From an uncultured Candidatus Actinomarina sp. (GTDB taxonomy: Bacteria > Actinomycetota > Acidimicrobiia > Actinomarinales > Actinomarinaceae), in NCBI GenBank assembly GCA_902578135.1, contig CACHBU010000001.1:211569-275568 (forward strand): a DNA stretch of 64,000 bases, written 5' to 3'. The notes below the pieces were generated by a model. It saw only the letters and a program-made list of their open reading frames with translations. It did not search any database and was not told the origin of the DNA. Made by a program: the position numbers and the translations under genes. Positions 55,217-62,589 of the stretch are shown in pieces; positions within the stretch are counted from its first letter, which is position 1, and the number at the start of each line of letters is the position of its first letter.

Positions 55217-55852
55217 ATGTACTTTAGAATAACGATTCCATCTCTTCAGGATGGAAAAAAAGACGAAGCTATATCTTTTGTTAAAGAAAAAGTTATGCCT
55301 GAGTTTGATGGGACACCCGGACTTCTAACGATGATGGCAGCTATTACAGGGGAGACTTCTGGCGTTAATTTGGCTGCTTATGAAAGTAAGGAAGCTGTAG
55401 AAGCCGTGGAAGAAAAAATACAAGGAGTATTATCAGAAGCAGCTGGAATGATGTCAGCACCTCCTGTAATTTATCAAGGGGATGCAGTTTATGGTAAGGT
55501 CTATCAGACTATGGCTAAGGACAGTACAAGACCAAGCTATTTGAGGTTGGTTGTTGGTGTTGCAAAAGACACAGACGCAGTATTGAGCTTTCTTAAAGAA
55601 AAAGTAGAACCAATTTATGAAGAGTCTGAAGGCCTTCAAGTAACAGGGGCGGTTTTTGACGGAAGTAGCGCTATTAGTTGGAACTTCTGGGATTCTGAGG
55701 AAGAAATGAATGCAGCTGTTGAAAAATTACAAGCAGCACTAGATAGTGAATCAGAGTCTGAACTGTTTGATGGAAGCACTATAGCTTATATGGGACCTGT
55801 GTATGCAGGTAAGTTGTTTATTGATTTTAATGAGGGAGATACTCCAACATAA
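55217..55852 (+). CDS. Tandem ABM-like soluble protein, family B member 4
   Basis: 211 aa. MYFRI, GTPGLL (as in B2), APPVIYQGDAVYGKVY, SWNFWDSEEEMNAA and a C-terminal FIDFNEGD. Confidence 0.72.
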   Translation: MYFRITIPSLQDGKKDEAISFVKEKVMPEFDGTPGLLTMMAAITGETSGVNLAAYESKEAVEAVEEKIQGVLSEAAGMMSAPPVIYQGDAVYGKVYQTMAKDSTRPSYLRLVVGVAKDTDAVLSFLKEKVEPIYEESEGLQVTGAVFDGSSAISWNFWDSEEEMNAAVEKLQAALDSESESELFDGSTIAYMGPVYAGKLFIDFNEGDTPT

Positions 55853-55884
55853 ATCTAAGTGAATAGATAACGCATAGAAAAAAA

Positions 55885-55912
55885 GGGATTTTTTTTAAAA
55901 TCCCTTTTTTTT
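55885..55912 (+). terminator. Rho-independent terminator closing the nine-gene array
   Basis: GGGATTTT-tttt-AAAATCCC followed by T8, and preceded by an A-run, so it could act in both directions. Confidence 0.78.
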
Positions 55913-55938
55913 ATATTGAAAATATTTAGCATATTTCT

Positions 55939-56064
55939 ATGTTTAGAAAGATAACACTTACAAGAGTAATACTTATTTTGTTGCTTCTCTATATACTTTT
56001 TTCTGAAGATGACACAGCAAGAAGATTTAAACAACTTCCTGAACTATTATTAAATTATTTTTAA
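55939..56064 (+). CDS. Very small hydrophobic protein (41 aa, hypothetical)
   Basis: My translation is MFRKITLTRVILILLLLYILFSEDDTAARRFKQLPELLLNYF, with one TM segment. It ends 9 nt before the next gene. Support is weak. Confidence 0.25.
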   Translation: MFRKITLTRVILILLLLYILFSEDDTARRFKQLPELLLNYF

Positions 56065-56073
56065 ACTGAGTTT

Positions 56074-56445
56074 ATGAATTTAAAAGATTTTTCAAATGTC
56101 GAATACATAAATCTAATCACATACAAAAAAGACAAAACGCCCATTACAACACCAGTATGGGTTGCAGATTTTTCAAACTCATTAGTTGTAACAACAAGCC
56201 TTAACGCTGGAAAAGTAAAGAGGGTTCGAAACAACGGTAAAGCAACAATTTATACCACCAACCAAAACGGCTCTAAAAAGTTATCAGAAAGCCTTGACCT
56301 AAAAGCATCTCTTATAGAGGATGCGGATATCAAAAAGCAGGCTGCAGATATAATCAGGAAAAAATATGGCATGATGGCAAAAATGATTATGAAAGGACCT
56401 GATAAGAATCGGGCAATTATAAAACTAGAAGAAAGGAGAGGGTAA
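56074..56445 (+). CDS. PPOX-class (pyridoxamine-5'-phosphate-oxidase-like) flavin/F420-binding split-barrel protein
   Basis: 123 aa. INLITYKKDKTPITTPVWV...GKVKRVRNNGKATI fits the small actinobacterial PPOX/F420 family pattern. Confidence 0.6.
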   Translation: MNLKDFSNVEYINLITYKKDKTPITTPVWVADFSNSLVVTTSLNAGKVKRVRNNGKATIYTTNQNGSKKLSESLDLKASLIEDADIKKQAADIIRKKYGMMAKMIMKGPDKNRAIIKLEERRG

Positions 56446-56484
56446 TGTTTTGTCCAGAATGCGGATGTGAAGATGAAAATTAAT

Positions 56485-56976
56485 TTATGAAAACCAACGA
56501 TGTTTTCCAAATTGGTTTCTAGGTACTGCTGTTCCTTTATCTAGGTACCATTTGAAACCTCCTACAACAGAATTTAAATAAGATGTTAATTTAGGATTTA
56601 TGTATAAATAATATGGTAAAAAAGCAATAAACTTAGGCCATTCCCTAAAGAAGAAAGGGTATACAGTTATTTTTAACTCGGATCCTAGATAATGCTCTGT
56701 AATTCTCCATTCAACATAAGACTTTGGACCACGTTTTGTTCCAATCCACAAATTATAACCAGTACCCTCAAACCATTCTGAAAACTCTCTGATAAATGTG
56801 AGGCCATTTAAATACACGAGTTTATCTTTATGGCTTTCTTCGTTCCAAATTAATATTTCATTTTCTTTACAAAATGGATGTGTATTGTTTAGATTATTTT
56901 CTTTTGAAATAGCATTCCATAACTCGCCAGGTTTTTGAGAAAATACCTGACTACAAGATGAGTTAAAACCTTTCAT
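56485..56976 (-). CDS. SRPBCC/START-like small protein (tentative)
   Basis: I prefer the ATG at 56976 (MKGFNSSCSQVF). The size and the pattern PGELWNAISK...YVEWRI...LKITVYP resemble polyketide-cyclase/SRPBCC folds. No catalytic motif. Confidence 0.45.
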   Translation of the reverse strand: MKGFNSSCSQVFSQKPGELWNAISKENNLNNTHPFCKENEILIWNEESHKDKLVYLNGLTFIREFSEWFEGTGYNLWIGTKRGPKSYVEWRITEHYLGSELKITVYPFFFREWPKFIAFLPYYLYINPKLTSYLNSVVGGFKWYLDKGTAVPRNQFGKHRWFS

Positions 56977-57300
56977 TTTATAAATATAAATCATCTTTAT
57001 AAAAATAAAAAAATATGTCACAAATAAAATTTAGAACCCACTACTTTGGGCATAGGTCAACCACCTATGGAAGTGTGTTTGAGTGATTTTCAACGCATAC
57101 ACGTGATTGACCTTTTACTACATTATAATTTTTTCTTCACAACCTTGCAAGATTGTGATTTTATTTTCACAAAAGCTCTCAATTTGTGAAAATGTAGTTT
57201 TAAATGTATTCCAGAACACTGATTTGTACAATGATTATGGGGAGATTATATCTTCAAATACTTAGTGAAAACTTTGGGGGAAGATTTCACAGGTTATTTT

Positions 57301-57330
57301 AACAAACCGGACTTAAATCCGGTTTGTTTT
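57301..57330. terminator. Hairpin terminator immediately after the permease gene (possibly bidirectional)
   Basis: AACAAACCGGA-cttaa-ATCCGGTTTGTT followed by TTTT on the plus strand. It starts 1 nt beyond the stop codon of the minus-strand gene at 57331. Confidence 0.55.
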
Positions 57331-58497
57331 TTATATGAGAACTAGAGAAAACCCGAGAACCACGCACATCAAAAGACCATAATACGCTATGGAGACTGAG
57401 TATAGTCTTTGGTTTTTGTGTAAGTTGATCACACTTAAATTAGTAAGTGAATAATAAATGAGAATAAAGAATGCACTGAGCTTTATTGCGTTTGTAATAT
57501 TTATGGTATAAATTCCTACAACCACTGTTAGTAAAACAAACAATTCTGAAACATATGCCGAGTTATTTTTATTATGTATTTTTGAAAACACATTTGGAAG
57601 AATACCGTCTCTTGACATTGCAACATATATTCTGCTTATCGCTGGAAGTAAAGCAAGAAATACTGAAGCAGTAGCAATCGTAGATGCAAAAACTATTAGA
57701 AATGAAAAATTAGACATTACTGATACATCCATTGCGATAAGCAAGGGAGTGTTTGAGTTTGCAACAACTTCTGGCCCTATGATTGCTAGCGCTAGCCAAT
57801 TTACCAAAAGATAAATTGTAACTGTTACACCTAAGCCAGTAAGTATTGAACTAGGGATTATTTTTTCAGGATTTTTTACTTCTTCTCCGTATGTTGCAAG
57901 TCTTGAATAACCTGTAAAAGCAAAAAACCATATAGCTGCTGATAAAAACAAATTACTAGTACTAAAGCCTTCAAGTAAAGGAATAGCAATATTTGTTGAA
58001 GGTGTCATAAGTATTGCAATACAGAAAAAAGCTAAAATGGATATCACTATAAGAACAAACCATCTTGCTAAAGTTGCTGTCTTTGTAATTCCTTGGTATC
58101 CAATTAAAAAGACAATTACAGATAAACCCACACCAAGTTCTTTGCCATAAATCGGAGAAATGTAATTTCCAAGAGTTAAAGCAATAGCAACACAACTAAC
58201 TGTCTTTCCTAATATAAATACAATTCCAGCAATATTTCCAGGCAGTTTCCCCAACACTTTGTTTGCATACAAGTAGGTTCCACCAGTTTGTGGATATAAC
58301 GATGCGAGCTGAGCAGATGATGAGGCATTTGCAAATGCAAGAGTGCTTGCGAGCAATAATCCTAAAATGGATGAGTAAGAACTAATTTTTGAAGTAGGAG
58401 CTAAATTATAAAATAATCCCGCACCAATCATTGAACTCAAACCTAGATATAAAGAATTTCTCTTAGTTAATGTTCTTGAAAAATTATTTTCTTTCAT
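57331..58497 (-). CDS. APC-superfamily amino acid permease
   Basis: 388 aa with about 11-12 TM segments. N-terminal GLSSMIGAGLFY motif and the GGTYLYA motif typical of APC transporters. Confidence 0.78.
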   Translation of the reverse strand: MKENNFSRTLTKRNSLYLGLSSMIGAGLFYNLAPTSKISSYSSILGLLLASTLAFANASSSAQLASLYPQTGGTYLYANKVLGKLPGNIAGIVFILGKTVSCVAIALTLGNYISPIYGKELGVGLSVIVFLIGYQGITKTATLARWFVLIVISILAFFCIAILMTPSTNIAIPLLEGFSTSNLFLSAAIWFFAFTGYSRLATYGEEVKNPEKIIPSSILTGLGVTVTIYLLVNWLALAIIGPEVVANSNTPLLIAMDVSVMSNFSFLIVFASTIATASVFLALLPAISRIYVAMSRDGILPNVFSKIHNKNNSAYVSELFVLLTVVVGIYTINITNAIKLSAFFILIYYSLTNLSVINLHKNQRLYSVSIAYYGLLMCVVLGFSLVLI

Positions 58498-58575
58498 GAG
58501 TAAATTTTAATTTAGTTTTAGTAATTTCAAGAATAAGAAATAAAACAATTGTTTAAAATAAGCTATAGATAAAAA

Positions 58576-59553
58576 ATGTTTAATAAATTGTCACCAACAC
58601 CCATTACAAATCAAACTCATAGAAGACTATTAATATTTTCTATGATCTGGTTCTTTTCAGGAGCATGGATTGATTCAAGCGCACATACATATCTCATAGA
58701 TGACATTGAGACATTCTTTACACCTTGGCATGGTGTACTTTATACAGGATATGCTTTTTCAGTTTTGGTAGTCATGTATATAAAAAATAAAATGAAGGAT
58801 TATAAATTTGATATAGGTGTTCTAGGCGCAGTTGTTTTTGGAATAGGTGGTGCATCAGATGCTATATGGCACACATTACTTGGAATAGAAACTGGAGTAG
58901 AGCCTCTTATTACCCCATCTCATCTCATGTTATTTCTTGGATCATTTCTGATGTTAGATTATGTTTTTACTACAAGGCCATCAAAAGAGAGTTTGGATTA
59001 TGCATCAATATTTTCTGTAGCGACAAGTTATGGGTTAGTTATGTTTATAACACTATTTATAAATCCATTTTTAAATATTTGGTCTTTTGTCGAAAGAGAA
59101 GATGAACTTGCTGCCGGCGGTGTAATACTGCAGGCAATGCTTGCCAGTTTTATATTTGTTTATGTAGTGCGTTTTAAAGTTTCACCAAAACAGATGTCAC
59201 TGGTTTATTTAATTTCTTTTTTGTATATTTCAATAAATCCAAGCCTTGGTGAATTTAATCGAACAATTCTAATTTGTGTCTCTGGTTCATTAATGTCTGC
59301 ACTTATATATCAAATCACTAAATGGTATCAAACAACAAATCATGATAGAAAAATTCAAGTTAGTGCGGCCTTAGTCGCTGGCTCTTATGGCTTAGTATTC
59401 GTGATACATTTATTGGCTTTTTCTGCACTTAATGGAGTTGATCTCTCATGGCGTTTTTACGGCCTTGGAGGCTTGATTACAACACCACTTTTATTTGGGT
59501 ATATGTTAGGAAACTTAGGTGTGAGTCCAACGTCTGGTGAAGTAGTTAGGTAA
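58576..59553 (+). CDS. Polytopic membrane protein, unknown function
   Basis: 325 aa with about 9 hydrophobic segments. Conserved-looking His motifs SSAHTYL, FFTPWHGVLYTGY, DAIWHTLLG and TPSHLMLFLG. Confidence 0.55.
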   Translation: MFNKLSPTPITNQTHRRLLIFSMIWFFSGAWIDSSAHTYLIDDIETFFTPWHGVLYTGYAFSVLVVMYIKNKMKDYKFDIGVLGAVVFGIGGASDAIWHTLLGIETGVEPLITPSHLMLFLGSFLMLDYVFTTRPSKESLDYASIFSVATSYGLVMFITLFINPFLNIWSFVEREDELAAGGVILQAMLASFIFVYVVRFKVSPKQMSLVYLISFLYISINPSLGEFNRTILICVSGSLMSALIYQITKWYQTTNHDRKIQVSAALVAGSYGLVFVIHLLAFSALNGVDLSWRFYGLGGLITTPLLFGYMLGNLGVSPTSGEVVR

Positions 59554-60406
59554 TCTTTTTAAACTTTCTTAAATAAATAAACCTGTTTATTTTAAATAAG
59601 CCCTTCTTTCTTAAGCTCTCAACCTTATATCTCAACTGTTTAATAGCAACATCATTATTACTACTAAGTTCAGAAACTTTTACTGGTTTTCCTATTTTGA
59701 TTGAAATGTGTTTGTCTCTTTTATTCAATAGCTCATTGAGTTGTGAAACATCTCTTAATTGTTTGTTTATATAAGAAGCAAAATAAAAGAACCAGGAATT
59801 TTTACCCTCAACATGTACAGGAATTAGTGGAAAATTATTTTTTTTAGCAAGCACTATTGGAGTTTTCTCCCACTCTCTATCCCATAACCCAAATAATGTA
59901 AGTTTTGAGAGTCTTCCAGAAGGGAAAATTACTCCAGGTCTCTCATCATTAAAAAAAGTATGAAGTCTTTCTAGAGTAGCCTTAGTTGCAGAGTGTGTCT
60001 CTTTTTCTTTATTCCACACAACAGGTGCCATTACGTTATGGAATGAACCAAGCAAGTAAACAAAGAGTTCATTTGCAAAGAAAAAGGCATCTTTCCTCAC
60101 TTTATACAGCTGACTATATAAAGCTATTGCGTCTGCCGCACCCATAGGATGGTTAGCCACCAGAAGACAACTTCCATCACTAGGTATATTTTCCAAACCC
60201 TCAACAGAGCAGTTATTAGTGTATTGATCTCCTAACCAATTAAACGCCTCAGCACCAGATAAGTCTTGTATGTAATCTCCTGCGTAAATTGTTTCATCAA
60301 ACCTCAAAAGTTTTTTAAGGATGTTAAAAATCAATGAGGATATAAAATTTTTCTTAGCTAACCATGGTGCTCGCTCTTTAATAAGATGATTAATTTTTTC
60401 TTCCAT
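59546..60406 (-). CDS. Lysophospholipid/glycerolipid acyltransferase family protein (PlsC superfamily, HP-x-G-x-x-D type)
   Basis: LLVANHPMGAADAIAL acyltransferase motif I. VIFPSGRLS resembles motif III/IV. Confidence 0.6.
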   Translation of the reverse strand: MEEKINHLIKERAPWLAKKNFISSLIFNILKKLLRFDETIYAGDYIQDLSGAEAFNWLGDQYTNNCSVEGLENIPSDGSCLLVANHPMGAADAIALYSQLYKVRKDAFFFANELFVYLLGSFHNVMAPVVWNKEKETHSATKATLERLHTFFNDERPGVIFPSGRLSKLTLFGLWDREWEKTPIVLAKKNNFPLIPVHVEGKNSWFFYFASYINKQLRDVSQLNELLNKRDKHISIKIGKPVKVSELSSNNDVAIKQLRYKVESLRKKGLFKINRFIYLRKFKKIT

Positions 60407-61074
60407 TACGCTTTAAATCTACTTTTCTTCCCTTTAATTCCATCAAACTTAAGTCTCAGATTTTTAATAACACTTTCTGTATCTCCTTCAATATTGAAAG
60501 ATTCTAAGATATTAAATATTTCATTCTCATAATCTATCTGTACTGGCATTACTTCTGCATTGAGTTCTTTTGCAATAAATAGAAAGCTTGTTCTAAATCT
60601 TGTCGCGTCAAACCTTCCTTCTGGTGTGACGATCAGTAAAAAAGAATCTCTTTTTTTCAGCTCTTCAATTACAGAATCGTACTGTCCACTATTTCCTTTT
60701 CTATCAACTGGAATTGCTCCAAACTTTCTAAAGATTATTTCCTGTAACCATCCAAGTGGCCATCTAATTCCTTGATCGTCTATATCTTTAGATTTTTCAA
60801 ATGGATTAGGTATTCTTCTCATTGTCCATTTTGCAGACAGATAACAAACATCAACATCCAGTGCGAGAATTATTAAAATCATTAAGTACTCATCTTTACC
60901 GGATTGATGTGGTGCTGCGACAAGAACAACTCTTTTGTTATCTAAAAAATTACCTACAGGTCGTATATTTTCAAATAGAAGTAGAAATCTAGCAAGATAT
61001 TTCAAGAAGAACCTTTTTTTTCGAGGGGTAAGAGAGCTAACAGTTATATCTGGAAGAATTTTAGTATATGTCAT
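60406..61074 (-). CDS. 1-acyl-sn-glycerol-3-phosphate acyltransferase-like protein (PlsC family)
   Basis: H-x4-D motif VAAPHQSGKDEY and VTPEGRF (motif III). The stop overlaps the start of the downstream acyltransferase by 1 nt. Confidence 0.62.
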   Translation of the reverse strand: MTYTKILPDITVSSLTPRKKRFFLKYLARFLLLFENIRPVGNFLDNKRVVLVAAPHQSGKDEYLMILIILALDVDVCYLSAKWTMRRIPNPFEKSKDIDDQGIRWPLGWLQEIIFRKFGAIPVDRKGNSGQYDSVIEELKKRDSFLLIVTPEGRFDATRFRTSFLFIAKELNAEVMPVQIDYENEIFNILESFNIEGDTESVIKNLRLKFDGIKGKKSRFKA

Positions 61075-61093
61075 TTTCCTCTAAGTTAATATT

Positions 61094-61789
61094 TTAGTAG
61101 GTTTGCTCCTCTGGATTTTCTATAAAAGACACATTATTAAACTCTTTAAGCCTAAAAAAGTGACCGTCTGATATTTCAGTAGATTTTAACCTTGTATGAC
61201 CTGTGTGTCTTGGTAGGAATTTTTTCCATGTCCACGCATAAAGTGGCATATTTAAAAAATATGACAGTAAAACAGACATTGTTCCAGCGTGTGAAATTAT
61301 CATTAAATTTTCTACAGAATCATTTTTTATTTCAAATTTCTTATCAAATGCATCATCTGTACACACAATTCCTAAGCTTTTTAATTCCTTTTCAAGATTG
61401 GTGATTATATTCTTAGCAAAATCCTGCATATACACTCCATGGTTACTAACAGACCACTCTTCAAACGTTTGACTATTTCTTTTTTCAAAAAAACTCATTA
61501 TCTCATCGGTGCTTTTTCCATACAAAGCAACCTCGTCTTTATCTTCCATTTCTTTTAGCCACTCGAAAGTCTTTATCTCTTTTGCAACTTCATTTTCTTC
61601 AAAGGGTACAAGTGTTTGTGCGGTTCTGTTTAAAGGAGAAACCCAGAGCTGATCGATGCTACCTTTTGGAAACTGGTCAGCAGATTTTTTAGCCTGAACA
61701 CTTCCAAGTTCGGTGAGGCCAGGGTTTCTTGTATATTCATCGTTTAGCATCCATTCAGGCTGTCCATGACGTATAAGTACAATTTCCAT
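61094..61789 (-). CDS. Histidine phosphatase family protein (phosphoglycerate-mutase-like)
   Basis: The N-terminal VLIRHGQPEW (RHG motif) and the later ISHAGTM. Confidence 0.8.
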   Translation of the reverse strand: MEIVLIRHGQPEWMLNDEYTRNPGLTELGSVQAKKSADQFPKGSIDQLWVSPLNRTAQTLVPFEENEVAKEIKTFEWLKEMEDKDEVALYGKSTDEIMSFFEKRNSQTFEEWSVSNHGVYMQDFAKNIITNLEKELKSLGIVCTDDAFDKKFEIKNDSVENLMIISHAGTMSVLLSYFLNMPLYAWTWKKFLPRHTGHTRLKSTEISDGHFFRLKEFNNVSFIENPEEQTY

Positions 61790-61854
61790 ACCAAAACAAT
61801 AGCTAAATTAGGTTATTCTGATACCTAAAGATAAAAAATATAAAGAGAGAAAAA

Positions 61855-62082
61855 TTGATAAGACCTTTTCTATTTGGAGTGACATTAACATATCTAGCCT
61901 TAGATAATATTCTTGATGGGCCGTTTAGAGAATTTCTCAAAACCTACTTTGATCTAAAAGAGTTTGGCACTAACACTAGAGAAGAGTATTTGTATTATCT
62001 ACTTCTTTTTCTTGGACTTTTTCAAATTATAGTTTCAATTAAAGAAGCCTTTAGGTCTGATAACACTTTAGAAGAAGAGTAA
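61855..62082 (+). CDS. Small hypothetical membrane protein
   Basis: 75 aa with a TTG start according to the track and two hydrophobic segments. No recognisable motif. Confidence 0.3.
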   Translation: MIRPFLFGVTLTYLALDNILDGPFREFLKTYFDLKEFGTNTREEYLYYLLLFLGLFQIIVSIKEAFRSDNTLEEE

Positions 62083-62146
62083 ACCTCGCGAAAAATAGAT
62101 TAAAAAATATTTTGCTTAGGGCTTAAAAGAAGCCTATATTTATATA

Positions 62147-62233
62147 ACTATCGGAAAAGAAATCGAAAGATAGAAAAGAAGATAGTATAAAAATCCCGAA
62201 GGGCCGAGAGGTCAATCGGGATTTTTGCTTTTT
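62147..62233 (+). ncRNA. Structured small RNA-like unit, copy 1 (unknown class)
   Basis: Upstream CTCGCGAA (62085), -35 TTGCTT (62112), 17-nt spacer, -10 TATATT (62135). The transcript would contain P1 ACTATC/GATAGT and an ATC-GAAA-GAT hairpin. It ends in a long terminator helix AAAATCCCGA...TCGGGATTTT that encloses GGCC-GAGA-GGTC, followed by a U-tract. Confidence 0.5.
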
Positions 62234-62329
62234 ATAGGTAAACTTTTATAAAATTTATGTATAAAAGTTCGCGAAAAAAACTATCAAAAATTTCTTGCCA
62301 AAAGATAAAATCTACACTAATTTTATATA

Positions 62330-62412
62330 ACTATCAGAAATGAAGTCGCAAGACCTAATAGAAGATAGTTCGAAAATCCCGGAGGGTCGCAAGATCAATC
62401 GGGATTTTCACT
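62330..62412 (+). ncRNA. Structured small RNA-like unit, copy 2 (183 nt downstream of copy 1)
   Basis: Same layout as copy 1: TTCGCGAA (62268), -35 TTGCCA (62295), -10 TAATTT (62318). It has P1 ACTATC/GATAGT and a GTC-GCAA-GAC hairpin. The terminator helix AAAATCCCGG...TCGGGATTTT encloses GGTC-GCAA-GATC. The inner helices differ from copy 1 by compensatory changes. Confidence 0.5.
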
Positions 62413-62589
62413 TTATATAACCTTTTTTCTTGAAAAAAATGCAAAAAGACTCCCTGTGGCTGTAATTTTTTGTTTTATCGCCCTTTTGAAGTGGCTCAAA
62501 GCACGAAAGGAAGTCCTACTCTTATTTTAGTGGTTTACCGTTTATTTTTATCATTTGGGCAAAAATTAGGATGATTTATACTTAAATTC

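Noticed and set aside
57022-57330. The 310-nt gap, considered as a known riboswitch or housekeeping RNA (SRP RNA, 6S, tmRNA, RNase P RNA).
   Set aside because: I could find none of the conserved cores of these RNAs (for example the SRP GGAA/AGCA symmetric loop, the tmRNA tag ORF or the RNase P GGAA-ACAGAA modules). Only palindromes and one terminator hairpin are evident, and these are reported as a low-interest finding instead.
62085-62412. The repeated units, considered as a CRISPR array or a mobile-element terminal repeat.
   Set aside because: There are only two copies, with a 183-bp period. Each copy contains promoter-like and terminator-like elements. There are no short spacer/repeat alternation, cas genes, transposase or target-site duplications.
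62340-62420. A 26-codon ORF (MKSQDLIEDSSKIPEGRKINRDFHFI) within RNA copy 2, considered as a possible small peptide or leader.
   Set aside because: The corresponding position in copy 1 has no ATG, and the reading frame is not preserved. The differences between copies are compensatory in RNA helices rather than synonymous in codons.
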